64,000 nucleotides of DNA from Candidatus Yanofskybacteria bacterium (lineage in GTDB: Bacteria > Patescibacteriota > Minisyncoccia > 2-02-FULL-40-12 > GWA2-44-9), in the NCBI GenBank assembly GCA_003151795.1, contig PLYL01000005.1, positions 1,011 to 65,010 of the forward strand, in the 5' to 3' direction. The notes beneath the pieces are model-generated. The model saw only the letters and a list, made by a program, of their open reading frames with translations, was not told where the DNA came from and ran no database searches. Shown here in pieces: positions 8,395-17,595 of this stretch (the stretch's first letter is position 1; each line of letters opens with the position of its first letter). Position numbers and translations under genes: made by a program.

Positions 8395-9045
8395 ATGGGT
8401 GAATTGATTTTAAAGCACAAAATGCACTGGAAAGATCCGGCGTTTTATATTTCCACTTTGTGGGCGGGTTTGCTTTTGGTTGTGGGTATCGTGGCTAACA
8501 CTTTCGCGAATAACTACGCGGTCCTGACGGGCAAGAATCCGGTGACGGATATTATTTTGAGCAACGTCCGGGTTTTTGACGTTGATTGGGTTGTGAATTA
8601 CGGCCCGCTCCTGATTCTAATTCTGATTATCCTCATCCTTTTCTTTCGGCCCCAGGCGATACCGTTTACGGTTAAGAGCGTGGCCCTGTTTATCATCATC
8701 CGCGCCGGTTTCATCAGCTTGACCCATCTCGGCCAGTTTGAACCGCAGCTGATTCTTCCGACGACGGGTTTCCTTAATTTTCTGGGCGGAGGCAACACCG
8801 GCGGGCTTTTCTTTTCGGGCCATACCGGCGTGCCGATTCTGTTGGCGCTGATATTCTGGGATAATAAAATATTGCGCTATGGTTTCATCGCCCTGGCCTT
8901 TGTTTTGGGCGCGGCGATGCTTCTGGCCCATCTGCATTATACGATTGACGTGGTCGGCGCGTTCTTTATCACCCCGAGTATTTTTCAGCTCGCTCAAAAG
9001 TTTTTCAAAGGCGATTACCGGCAAATGACTCAAAGTTTAAATTAA
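8395..9045 (+). CDS. Sphingomyelin-synthase-like / PAP2 C-terminal family phosphotransferase
   Basis: FFSGHTG and HLHYTIDV match the SMS D3/D4 catalytic motifs; ~6 TM; start uncertain (8362/8395/8422). Confidence 0.75.
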   Translation: MGELILKHKMHWKDPAFYISTLWAGLLLVVGIVANTFANNYAVLTGKNPVTDIILSNVRVFDVDWVVNYGPLLILILIILILFFRPQAIPFTVKSVALFIIIRAGFISLTHLGQFEPQLILPTTGFLNFLGGGNTGGLFFSGHTGVPILLALIFWDNKILRYGFIALAFVLGAAMLLAHLHYTIDVVGAFFITPSIFQLAQKFFKGDYRQMTQSLN

Positions 9046-9055
9046 ATATTTTGTT

Positions 9056-9604
9056 ATGCTGCCACCGGGCCATATCGCCGCGGGATTTCTTATCACGAAA
9101 GGATTATTAGTTTTAACCAAACCAGCCTTATCGGCCATCGAGCAACAGCGATTATTGTGGTGGGGGATGTTCTTCGGTTTCGCGCCGGACCTGGACACTT
9201 TCGCGGTTTTTATAAAAGTAAAACGATTCATCGGGTCGGATGATATCAGCCACCGCAAGTTCTGGTCGCACGCGCCGATTCTGTGGCTCATCGGCGGTCT
9301 GGCCATATTTTTTTTCGGGCTGGCTCGGCATAATTTATTTATTGAATATTTTGGCCTCGTCGCTTGGCTGGGTTCGTGGAGCCACTTCGCCCTCGATACC
9401 GTTCAGCACGGCGTTATCTGGTTCTGGCCCTGGCGCAAAGAACCGTTGGCTCTGTTTGATCAAGGGGTTAAAAGCCATATTCCGCCGCAGGATTTCTGGC
9501 CGTATTGGTTCCAGTCGGTTAAATTTTACGCGACTCGGTTCACTCTTTCTTTTTGCATCGAGCTGGTTGCGGTAATCGCCGCTCTCTTTGTTTATTTCCG
9601 TTAA
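9056..9604 (+). CDS. Membrane-bound metal-dependent hydrolase (YdjM-like)
   Basis: GH, PDLD, HRKFWSH and SHFALD motifs. Confidence 0.8.
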   Translation: MLPPGHIAAGFLITKGLLVLTKPALSAIEQQRLLWWGMFFGFAPDLDTFAVFIKVKRFIGSDDISHRKFWSHAPILWLIGGLAIFFFGLARHNLFIEYFGLVAWLGSWSHFALDTVQHGVIWFWPWRKEPLALFDQGVKSHIPPQDFWPYWFQSVKFYATRFTLSFCIELVAVIAALFVYFR

Positions 9605-9652
9605 GTGCCTTCTCCTCTTTATCGAAGGCCTGTTCTGTAGTACTTTGAAGGC

Positions 9653-10156
9653 ATGTCCATCCCGCCGATAACCCGCTTAAAGAAATCAAAAGTCGAATAC
9701 TATTGGCGCAAAATCTTTGAATTCGGCGTCTTCATTAAAGGCTTGAACGGAGTTTGGGAGACGATTGCCGGTTTATCGATTCTCATTATCGGCAAGGCGC
9801 GCTTTGGGAGCTTGTTTTCCTTTTTGGTTCGGGGTGAGCTTCTAGAAAACCCTCACGATTGGTTTATTAATGCCGCCGTCCAGGCCTTGCAGAATTTTGG
9901 CGGGGCTAAGACTTTTATCGGTCTGTACTTTTTGATTCACGGGGTCATCAATATTTTTCTTTCGATTCAGTTGTATCGCGATCGGCTCTGGGCCTACCTC
10001 GCGACGATCGGCGTCACGATTATTTTTATCGTTTATCAATTGCATCGGATATCGCTCTATCATTCCCGATTGCTCATGGCCGTTACCGGCTATGACGTCT
10101 TGTTTATTATTCTGACCTGGCATGAGTACCAATACCAAAAGAAATTGCGCTCATGA
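9653..10156 (+). CDS. DUF2127-type membrane protein
   Basis: IKGLNGVWETIAG, ELLENPHD, YFLIHGVI and LWAY. Confidence 0.75.
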   Translation: MSIPPITRLKKSKVEYYWRKIFEFGVFIKGLNGVWETIAGLSILIIGKARFGSLFSFLVRGELLENPHDWFINAAVQALQNFGGAKTFIGLYFLIHGVINIFLSIQLYRDRLWAYLATIGVTIIFIVYQLHRISLYHSRLLMAVTGYDVLFIILTWHEYQYQKKLRS

Positions 10157-10722
10157 GGAAGCATATTATTTTTTGGCTGTGGGTTTTAATCATCTTGAGC
10201 GCGCTCTATTTTTATTTTTTTAGAAATGATTTGATTCTGGCGGGGGTGGCGCAAATGATGCGTCTGCCGCTGGCGTGGCGCTACGCCATTTTTTTGATTC
10301 TCGGCTGCCTGCGGGGCTTTACTCTGATTCCGGTCACCTATTTGATTTTGCTCGGCCTCGTCTTCTTGCCGGCCGGGCACGCTTATCTCTTGACTATCAT
10401 CGGCGTGATGGTTGCTTCGACCTCTATCTATTATTTTGCCGAGTATCTCGGCTTGGCCGGTTATTTTGAACGGTACTATCCGCGCCAGATTGCTCGATTA
10501 AAGTCCGTGATGCGTAAAAACGAATTGCCCATCGTCATCGGCTGGAGCTTTTTTCCGATTACTCCGACCGACGTGATGTGCTATATGTGCGGGTCGCTGA
10601 AGGTCAATTTTAAAAAATTCTTCTTCGGCGTGCTGGTAGGCGAGGGCATCTCCTGCGCAATCTATATCTTTGTCGGCAAAGGCCTCCTTTTGCTGATTCT
10701 GCATAGGATTTTTGGGGGCTAG
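10153..10722 (+). CDS. TVP38/TMEM64 (VTT-domain, DedA superfamily) protein
   Basis: LRGFTLIP, FFPITPTDVMCYMCG and a multi-TM layout. Confidence 0.8.
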   Translation: MRKHIIFWLWVLIILSALYFYFFRNDLILAGVAQMMRLPLAWRYAIFLILGCLRGFTLIPVTYLILLGLVFLPAGHAYLLTIIGVMVASTSIYYFAEYLGLAGYFERYYPRQIARLKSVMRKNELPIVIGWSFFPITPTDVMCYMCGSLKVNFKKFFFGVLVGEGISCAIYIFVGKGLLLLILHRIFGG

Positions 10723-10857
10723 GCTCAAATTCAGCCCTACTCTTGACACGCTAATAAATTCTTGATACAATTGAGGCACAATTCATATCTCATTTGGTAT
10801 CTGGAGTTATCGTTTTCCTTATCTCTATCTCATCAGGTCTCAAAGAGTGATTAATTA

Positions 10858-12078
10858 ATGCAGAGAAGTTTTAACCGAGCATCGGCTTTTGGCCGCCGCC
10901 CAAGCAGTTTTGGCGGCAATAGCAGCGGTACTCGCCGGCCCGCCCGCCAAGGCGGGGGACGCGGTTTTCAAGGCCAACGGATTGATCCGGCGCGCTTTGT
11001 CAAAAAAGCCGTCATCACCGAACAGGTGGAAGTTTTCGTCCCCGAACATAAGTTTGCGGATTTTGCGATTGACTCCCGTTTGAAAGTTAATATTACCCGC
11101 AAGGGCTATGTCACGCCGACGCCGATTCAGGACAAAGCCATTCCGCATATTTTGCGCGGTTCCGATTTGGTCGGTATCGCCAACACCGGTACCGGCAAGA
11201 CGGCTGCCTTTCTTATTCCTTTAATCAACAAAGTTCTTTTGAATCCTCAAGAAAATGTTTTGATTGTTGTGCCGACGCGCGAGCTCGCGATTCAAATCGA
11301 CGACGAACTTCGCGGCTTCACCCCGGGTATGCGGATGTTTTCCGTCTGTTGCGTGGGCGGGGCGAGTATCGGCTATCAAATCTCAAATCTTCGCCGTCAG
11401 CACAATTTCATTATCGGCACCCCGGGCCGGATCAAAGACCTCATGGAACGACGCTTCATTAATTTGGCTCGCTTTAACACCGTCGTTCTCGACGAAGCCG
11501 ACCGGATGCTAGACATGGGCTTCGTCAAAGACATGCGGACGATGATGATGGCCATGCCGAAAACTCGGCATACGCTGTTCTTCTCCGCGACCGTCAATCG
11601 CGAAATCGAAGGCCTCATCAATGAGTTTCTCCGCACGCCGGTCAGGATTTCGGTTAAGACCCAGGACACCGCCAAGAACGTCGACCAGGACATCGTCCGC
11701 GTTGGGGGCGGCAAAAATAAACTCCAAATGCTGGAAGAACTTTTAACCAAGCCTGGTTTCAATAAGGTCCTTATTTTCGGCCGCACCAAGCACGGCGTGG
11801 AGCGATTGTATAACACGCTTATCGCCAGCGGATTCAAAGCCGACGCGATTCACGGCGACAAGGTTCACTCTCGCCGCCAGCGCGCCTTGAAGTCGTTTAA
11901 AGAAAATCACATCCAAATTCTCATCGCGACCGACGTCGCGGCTCGCGGTTTGGATATTCCCGATGTTTCCCACGTCATTAACTATGACTTGCCCGCCACT
12001 TACGATGATTATGTCCATCGTATCGGCCGCACCGGCCGCGCCAACAAGACTGGCAAAGCTCTCACCTTCATCGAGTAA
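10858..12078 (+). CDS. DEAD-box RNA helicase
   Basis: Q motif PTPIQ, ANTGTGKT, PTRELA, TPGR, DEAD, SAT, ARGLD and HRIGRTGR. Confidence 0.95.
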   Translation: MQRSFNRASAFGRRPSSFGGNSSGTRRPARQGGGRGFQGQRIDPARFVKKAVITEQVEVFVPEHKFADFAIDSRLKVNITRKGYVTPTPIQDKAIPHILRGSDLVGIANTGTGKTAAFLIPLINKVLLNPQENVLIVVPTRELAIQIDDELRGFTPGMRMFSVCCVGGASIGYQISNLRRQHNFIIGTPGRIKDLMERRFINLARFNTVVLDEADRMLDMGFVKDMRTMMMAMPKTRHTLFFSATVNREIEGLINEFLRTPVRISVKTQDTAKNVDQDIVRVGGGKNKLQMLEELLTKPGFNKVLIFGRTKHGVERLYNTLIASGFKADAIHGDKVHSRRQRALKSFKENHIQILIATDVAARGLDIPDVSHVINYDLPATYDDYVHRIGRTGRANKTGKALTFIE

Positions 12079-12083
12079 AAATT

Positions 12084-12117
12084 AATCAAAAAATCGCCTC
12101 GAGGCGATTTTTTGATT
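12084..12117. terminator. Bidirectional terminator
   Basis: Perfect palindrome aatcaaaaaatcgcctc/gaggcgattttttgatt between convergent genes. Confidence 0.85.
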
Positions 12118-12126
12118 TTCTGATAG

Positions 12127-12453
12127 TTAGTATCCGTACCCGCCGTAATTATTTGGGGGATAATACTGGTAGAAGTACTGGTGAATCGGCGGAGCGATAA
12201 ATACAAAGCTGCTCGTGAGATTCAAATTAGACTGAATCAATTGACCGACCGTATTTTGCGGCCGTCCGTAATTATAGACGGGGTATTGGAATCCTTGGAA
12301 CGGCTGATAATACGACTGCTGGCCATACGAATTGCCGTAAGAATTTCCGTACGACTGATACGATGGCATATAATACGCCTTGGCCGAGCTGGTTACCAAA
12401 CCGACAGCGACAACGATACCGACCACGAAGAGTGCTTTGGTTATGTTTTTCAT
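12127..12453 (-). CDS. Secreted Tyr/Gln/Gly-rich small protein
   Basis: Signal peptide ending AKA; YGNS repeats. Confidence 0.7.
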   Translation of the reverse strand: MKNITKALFVVGIVVAVGLVTSSAKAYYMPSYQSYGNSYGNSYGQQSYYQPFQGFQYPVYNYGRPQNTVGQLIQSNLNLTSSFVFIAPPIHQYFYQYYPPNNYGGYGY

Positions 12454-12706
12454 AAGTTTTAAAGCGTGCGTTACTTTTATTTAATTATTTTCAGCTCATA
12501 TACTGATCCGCCTCTGGCGGAAGCTGGCCGGCCCTGTCGACCGACAGCGCCGACTAACGCGCTTAGGATACCACTAAGTCTTTATTATGCAAGGATAAAA
12601 TAGTTGCTGGAACTACTAAAAGATGGTATAATTACTCTAGCTCAAATACCTACCCCACACCCTGTCATAATGGCAGAAGGGGCCTGGTGAGGGCAAGGAG
12701 TTCTCT

Positions 12707-13132
12707 ATGCAAATCGTTCTGACGGCCGTCATGGCTTTGATTGTTGCCTGGCTATTCTTCGATTATATCGTCGTCAAAAAGTGGCTTCGGTCATGGGCCG
12801 ATAGCTATTGTCGGAATCGTGTCTGGTGCGTCTGTCGGGTGAACAACCGAATCGGATTAGTCACTCGAAGATACTACGACCAGGTATCACGTGAATACTG
12901 GCGATGGGAACTCAGGTCACAAACTGAAGAAACCAGAGGTTATGTCAGAGGGCATTTCATTGCGCCATACGATGTTGTCATACTCGACGCCACTAACCCC
13001 CAAGCATTGAAGTTACTGAGAGGCCTCCTTCTTGAGCGCCGAGAATTCCTTGTTCCACCAATTGAAATGAGGATTGAGGAAGCTTACAAGAAAATTAATG
13101 GCTGGTGGAATAAATATCCAGACCAAGGTTAG
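12707..13132 (+). CDS. Hypothetical protein (ORFan, N-terminal TM)
   Basis: AAGGAG SD, upstream TGGTATAAT and a downstream hairpin. Confidence 0.6.
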   Translation: MQIVLTAVMALIVAWLFFDYIVVKKWLRSWADSYCRNRVWCVCRVNNRIGLVTRRYYDQVSREYWRWELRSQTEETRGYVRGHFIAPYDVVILDATNPQALKLLRGLLLERREFLVPPIEMRIEEAYKKINGWWNKYPDQG

Positions 13133-13143
13133 TTCCTCAATCA

Positions 13144-13198
13144 GCCCGCGAGAGAGTTCGCACGATCTGTGCCCACTCTCGCGGGCCTTATCGTTTTT
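13144..13198 (+). terminator. GCCCGCG...CGCGGGC hairpin terminator
   Basis: Same architecture and partial sequence (GAGTTCGC) as 1536-1587. Confidence 0.7.
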
Positions 13199-13241
13199 AT
13201 ATGAAAATGCTAGAATTATTTAAATAAATTCATTCGTTCGA

Positions 13242-13337
13242 TTGTCTTATTCAATTTATCTTCTCAAATGCGCCGACGAAAGTCTCTACTGCGGGATTAC
13301 GACTGATGTGGCGCGGAGGTTTAGGGAGCAGTATTAA
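13242..13337 (+). pseudogene. Truncated GIY-YIG 5' fragment
   Basis: MSYSIYLLKCADESLYCGITTDVARRFREQY*, near-identical to the N-terminus of 14161-14430. Confidence 0.8.
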
Positions 13338-13351
13338 CTATCCACATCTCA

Positions 13352-13380
13352 TTGACTTTTAATGCGACGAGGCGTATGCT
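13352..13380 (+). promoter_or_regulatory. Sigma70-type promoter
   Basis: TTGACT-17 nt-TATGCT. Confidence 0.65.
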
Positions 13381-13386
13381 GGAGAT

Positions 13387-13478
13387 GTAGAGGTTGTATC
13401 GTAGCTTGGTAGCAGGAATGCTAATTAAATACGTTAACCCCACCGCCCTCTGGCTTGCCGGATGGCGGTTTTAGTTTT
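13387..13478 (+). ncRNA. Candidate small structured RNA or attenuator ahead of the NYN gene
   Basis: Extended hairpin (ggtt/aacc, gtat/atac, tagca-ggaa-tgcta) followed by terminator accgcc..tctggc/gccgga..ggcggt and a T tract. Confidence 0.4.
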
Positions 13479-13490
13479 ATCATTTATTTG

Positions 13491-14138
13491 ATGAAAAGAG
13501 CTTTTGTTTTTATTGATGGTAGCAATCTTTACTACCGGCTTAAGGGTATCGCCGGATTTTATATGAAAGAAAATGGCAAGGATTACAGTATGAGCCATTT
13601 TAAGTTTAAGGAGTTTTGTAAATGGCTGGTAGGCGACAACGGTCTACAAGAAATTCATTATTATATTGGTCAAATTAAGCGACCCAATCCTCAATCAAAA
13701 AATTCTCAAAAAGCAGAACAGATGTATTCGAGTCAGCAAAGACTGGCAGGCTACTTACAGGCTCAAGGGATAGTTATGAAGTTTGGGAAGCTTATGAGAG
13801 ATCCGAGCCGTCCTGATGTGTACCATGAAAAAGGTGTTGATGTGCAAATTGCTGTAGAAATGATTAGATTCGCTCGTCAGGATAAGTATGACATTGCTTA
13901 TTTGATAAGTTCAGATACTGATTTAGTTCCAGCAGTTCAAGAAGTGAAGGACCTTGGAAAAGAAGTTGTCTATGCTGGAGTTAAATTAATTCCTATAGGA
14001 GATACTAATAATACAAAAAAGAAAAACGTATTTGGCATTTCCTATGGCTTACTCGGTACCGCAAGCGATGTTAAGTTAATTGAAAAAGAGGATATAAAAC
14101 CATTTTTAGTATTACGAGAGGATACTCAAGTTAAGTAG
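13491..14138 (+). CDS. NYN domain (LabA/DUF88, PIN-like) ribonuclease
   Basis: FIDGSNLY, EKGVDVQIAVEM and ISSDTDLVPA; AT-rich. Confidence 0.9.
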   Translation: MKRAFVFIDGSNLYYRLKGIAGFYMKENGKDYSMSHFKFKEFCKWLVGDNGLQEIHYYIGQIKRPNPQSKNSQKAEQMYSSQQRLAGYLQAQGIVMKFGKLMRDPSRPDVYHEKGVDVQIAVEMIRFARQDKYDIAYLISSDTDLVPAVQEVKDLGKEVVYAGVKLIPIGDTNNTKKKNVFGISYGLLGTASDVKLIEKEDIKPFLVLREDTQVK

Positions 14139-14160
14139 GACGCTTATATATTATTAAGGT

Positions 14161-14430
14161 TTGATTTACTTTATCTACCTTCTCAAATGCGCGGACGGCA
14201 GTCTCTACTGCGGGATTACGACTGATGTGGAGCGGAGGCTTAGAGAGCATCGGGCGGGGAAGGGCGGGAATTACACGCGAGCGCATAGGGCGGTAAAGAT
14301 GGTATATATAGAGAGGTGCAAGGATAGGTCGAGCGCTTTGAAGCGGGAAGCGGAGATTAAACGGCTATTACGAGCGGATAAACTCAAGTTAATTAAACAC
14401 CCGCCAAAATTTTATGGAAACAAAACTTAG
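14161..14430 (+). CDS. GIY-YIG nuclease family protein (UPF0213-like)
   Basis: IYLLKCADGSLYCGITTDVERRLREH and SALKREAEIK. Confidence 0.9.
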   Translation: MIYFIYLLKCADGSLYCGITTDVERRLREHRAGKGGNYTRAHRAVKMVYIERCKDRSSALKREAEIKRLLRADKLKLIKHPPKFYGNKT

Positions 14431-15043
14431 GCGGGCAAGCACAAAACATCTCGCGAAGGTTGACCCGATTTTGAAAGAGCTGATGAAGCGGGTGAAACCA
14501 CAGATCTATCCATTGCAGGATAATTATTTTCGTTCCTTGGTGCGGGCTATCGCGAATCAGCAGTTGTCGGGCAAAGCGGCCCAGACGATTCTCAATCGGA
14601 TGGTGGCATTGTTTCCCAGGGGCGAATTTCCGACACCGAAGCAGTATCTGAAAATGCCGGACGGGAAACTTCGTGCGGCGGGGTTTTCATTTTCCAAAAT
14701 CGCCTACACCAAAAATATCGCCCAATTTTTCATCGAGCGCGAGAAAGAGATGCAAAAGATTAACGAACTCACGGACGAAGATATTATTAAACTTCTGACC
14801 GGCGTGAAAGGCGTCGGCGTCTGGACGGCCGAAATGTTTCTGATGTCTTCGCTGGGCCGGGAAGACGTATTCTCATACGGCGATCTCGGCCTGCGAAAAG
14901 GTTTGCAGAAAGTCTACAAGTTTAAAAAAGAGCCGACGCTCAAACAGATGCAGAAAATCGTGGAAGCCTGGAAACCCTACCGGACCCACGGCGCTCGCTA
15001 TATGTGGGCCAGTTTGGCTAAACCCGAACCAAAAAAGAAGTAG
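14414..15043 (+). CDS. alkA: DNA-3-methyladenine glycosylase II (AlkA/HhH-GPD family)
   Basis: AIANQQLSGKAA, KGVGVWTAEMFLM, DLGLRKG and WKPYR. Confidence 0.88.
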   Translation: METKLRRASTKHLAKVDPILKELMKRVKPQIYPLQDNYFRSLVRAIANQQLSGKAAQTILNRMVALFPRGEFPTPKQYLKMPDGKLRAAGFSFSKIAYTKNIAQFFIEREKEMQKINELTDEDIIKLLTGVKGVGVWTAEMFLMSSLGREDVFSYGDLGLRKGLQKVYKFKKEPTLKQMQKIVEAWKPYRTHGARYMWASLAKPEPKKK

Positions 15044-15090
15044 GCTTAATCCTACTTGTAGGAAATTAGGATATGTGCTAGGATGGGGAT

Positions 15091-15336
15091 ATGAAGAAAT
15101 TCCCCGAACAGGAGTTCTACGGCACCACCACTCTGGGCGAGAAAGGCCAGGTTGTGATTCCCTCGGAAGCTCGAAAAGGCCTGAAAATCCACAAAGGCGA
15201 GAAATTGCTGGTTTTTAGCATGGGCGACGACATTGTCATTCTTTCAAAGCTTTCCAACTTGAAACAATTCGCCTTTCATTTGGCCAAGAGATTGGATTCC
15301 ATCAAGAAAATTATTAAAAAAACAAACAAAAAATAA
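15091..15336 (+). CDS. AbrB/MazE/SpoVT-family DNA-binding protein
   Basis: TTLGEKGQVVIPSEARK..GEKLLV. Confidence 0.88.
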   Translation: MKKFPEQEFYGTTTLGEKGQVVIPSEARKGLKIHKGEKLLVFSMGDDIVILSKLSNLKQFAFHLAKRLDSIKKIIKKTNKK

Positions 15337-16871
15337 TGTTTACATTTTTTAAAACAAAATTAGGAATGGTCGTCGGCGCAGTGTTGCTCGTGGTTGTAAT
15401 TTTGATTGTCCGGCGCGTGACGGCCAAGCCCGCGTCAGTGGCCACGATTGTTGCCCAGACGGGCGATATCAAAGAACAAATCAGCGTGACTGGCAGCGTA
15501 ACTTCGTCCGATACGGCAAATTTATCATTCCAGAGTTCGGGCCGATTGGCACGGGTCAATGTTGTCGTCGGTTCGCGCGTCGGCGCGGGCCAAGTTTTGA
15601 TGGCCCTCGATACGACGCAACTTCAGGCTCAACGCCAGCTCCAGCAAGCTCAAATCAACGGCGCCCAAGCCAAACTCAATCAAGTCCAAGCTGGCGCGAC
15701 GCCCGCCGATATTGCTGTCGCTCAATCCGCGGTCGCGACCGCCCAGAACACGCTTATTCAGATCCAGACCAAAACCGCCCTCGACGCGTCCCGTAAAGAT
15801 ATTAATGCCGTCACCGACGCGCTTCAGCTCATCTCTAATATTGATGACCCATTATATCTCGTAAAACAAGACATGAATACGGGTGCACTCAATAGCCCGA
15901 TTGGTCAGGTGAGATTGAGTATCTATGGTAATTCGAGTTCTAACTCAACGACAACGGGAGGCTTGCTCGGTCAACTCAATGGAAGTCAAATCGATACGAC
16001 CGATAGCATTCTTGAAAAAACAAAAGTTGATCTGGTTACTACTCAAGGGATTCTTGATATTGCCTATGCTGATTTGGTGCAAGAAAGCGCAAGTGCCACG
16101 ACGACTTCGCTCGTTACCACGGCTCGCTCAAATGTATTAACCGCTCTCAATGACATCGATACTCAAATTCAGGCGCTCATCACGGCCGAGAATAATGTTC
16201 AAAACGCTCAAGCGGCGCTGACGCTGAAACAATCGCCGCCCACGGCTAACGATATTGCCATTGCCCAAGCTTCGCTCGATGAAGCGACTGCTAATCTCGC
16301 GATTATCAACGCTCAAATTAATCAAGACGTTATTGTCGCGCCCGTCGCGGGCGTGATTACGGCAGTTAATTTTAAAGTTGGTGAAACCGTGAACGCGAGC
16401 GCGATTGCTACGACGCTTCTCAATGATTCTCATTTTGAAATCGATTCTAACGTGCCCGAAACTGATATCGGCAAAGTCGCGGTTGGCGATCCGGTTTCAC
16501 TGACTCTCGACGCGTTTCAGGGCGAGACATTCACGGGCAAAGTCAGCCAGATTGATCCGGCCCAGCAGATTATCGACGGCGTAGTGGTCTTTAAGGTTAC
16601 GGTTTTGTTTGATAAAGCCGACCCGCGTCTGAAGAGCGGACTCACCGCCAACTTGAGCATTCAAACGGCCGAGAAAGACGGCGTGGTGGTCTTGCCCCAG
16701 GTCGCGATTCTCGAAAACGATTCAGGGACCTTTGTGGTCAAAGTCGTGAAAGGCGTCGCCACTCAAACGCCGATTACTATCGGTTTGCGCGCTTCGGACG
16801 GAAGCGTTGAAATTACGTCGGGCGTCCAAGCTGGCGATACTGTCCAAAACATCGGCCTGAAGAAAAACTAA
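15336..16871 (+). CDS. Efflux membrane-fusion (MacA-like) adaptor
   Basis: N-terminal TM, lipoyl half-motifs (FQSSGRL, IVAPVAGVI), long coiled coil and VPETDIGKV. Confidence 0.85.
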   Translation: MFTFFKTKLGMVVGAVLLVVVILIVRRVTAKPASVATIVAQTGDIKEQISVTGSVTSSDTANLSFQSSGRLARVNVVVGSRVGAGQVLMALDTTQLQAQRQLQQAQINGAQAKLNQVQAGATPADIAVAQSAVATAQNTLIQIQTKTALDASRKDINAVTDALQLISNIDDPLYLVKQDMNTGALNSPIGQVRLSIYGNSSSNSTTTGGLLGQLNGSQIDTTDSILEKTKVDLVTTQGILDIAYADLVQESASATTTSLVTTARSNVLTALNDIDTQIQALITAENNVQNAQAALTLKQSPPTANDIAIAQASLDEATANLAIINAQINQDVIVAPVAGVITAVNFKVGETVNASAIATTLLNDSHFEIDSNVPETDIGKVAVGDPVSLTLDAFQGETFTGKVSQIDPAQQIIDGVVVFKVTVLFDKADPRLKSGLTANLSIQTAEKDGVVVLPQVAILENDSGTFVVKVVKGVATQTPITIGLRASDGSVEITSGVQAGDTVQNIGLKKN

Positions 16872-16882
16872 CGCATCCCGAG

Positions 16883-17590
16883 ATGATTGATTTAAGTCAC
16901 ATCCAAAAAAAATACGATGACGAAGCATCGGCGACGTTAGCCCTTGACGATGTTTCATTCAAAATCGATCCGGGCGAATTCGTGGCCATCATGGGCCCGT
17001 CCGGTTCCGGCAAGTCCACCTTGCTCCATATTTTGAGTTTCATGGATCGACCCACGGCCGGTGCGTACACCTTTTACGGCAAGGACATGAGCGACTTGAG
17101 CGATGCGGAACTCGCGTCTATCAGAAACAAGGATATGGGTTTTGTGTTCCAGTCGTTTAATCTTTTGGCCCGTCAGAGCGTCTATGACAATGTCGAAATT
17201 CCGCTCATGTATTCCGATATCAAAATTGCCGACCGCAAGAAACTCGTCGAAGACGCCGTCAAGGCGGTGGGCTTATCGGAAAAACTGCACGTCGAAGCGG
17301 GCAAGCTTTCCGGCGGCCAAAAACAGCGCGTCGCTATCGCCCGCGCCTTGGTTTGTAATCCGCGGGTGATTTTTGCCGACGAGCCGACGGGAAATTTGGA
17401 TTCCAAATCCGGCGGCCAAGTCATGAATATTCTCGAGGACCTGCACGCCAAAGGCCATACCATCGTCTTAGTTACCCACGAGACGTACACCGCCGGCTAC
17501 GCCAATCGTTTGATTAGAATTAAAGACGGCAACGTGGAATTTGACGGTCCGACCGAGAAGAGCCACGAACACGGTACGTTCGTTAAATAA
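16883..17590 (+). CDS. ABC transporter ATP-binding protein (MacB/LolD-like)
   Basis: [24 protein letters not shown] and ADEPTGNLD. Confidence 0.93.
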   Translation: MIDLSHIQKKYDDEASATLALDDVSFKIDPGEFVAIMGPSGSGKSTLLHILSFMDRPTAGAYTFYGKDMSDLSDAELASIRNKDMGFVFQSFNLLARQSVYDNVEIPLMYSDIKIADRKKLVEDAVKAVGLSEKLHVEAGKLSGGQKQRVAIARALVCNPRVIFADEPTGNLDSKSGGQVMNILEDLHAKGHTIVLVTHETYTAGYANRLIRIKDGNVEFDGPTEKSHEHGTFVK

Positions 17591-17595
17591 AATAT

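Noticed and set aside
12650-12695. CCCACACC...GGTGAGGG as another miniature element
   Set aside because: The arms are short and imperfect, and the flanking hexamers do not match.
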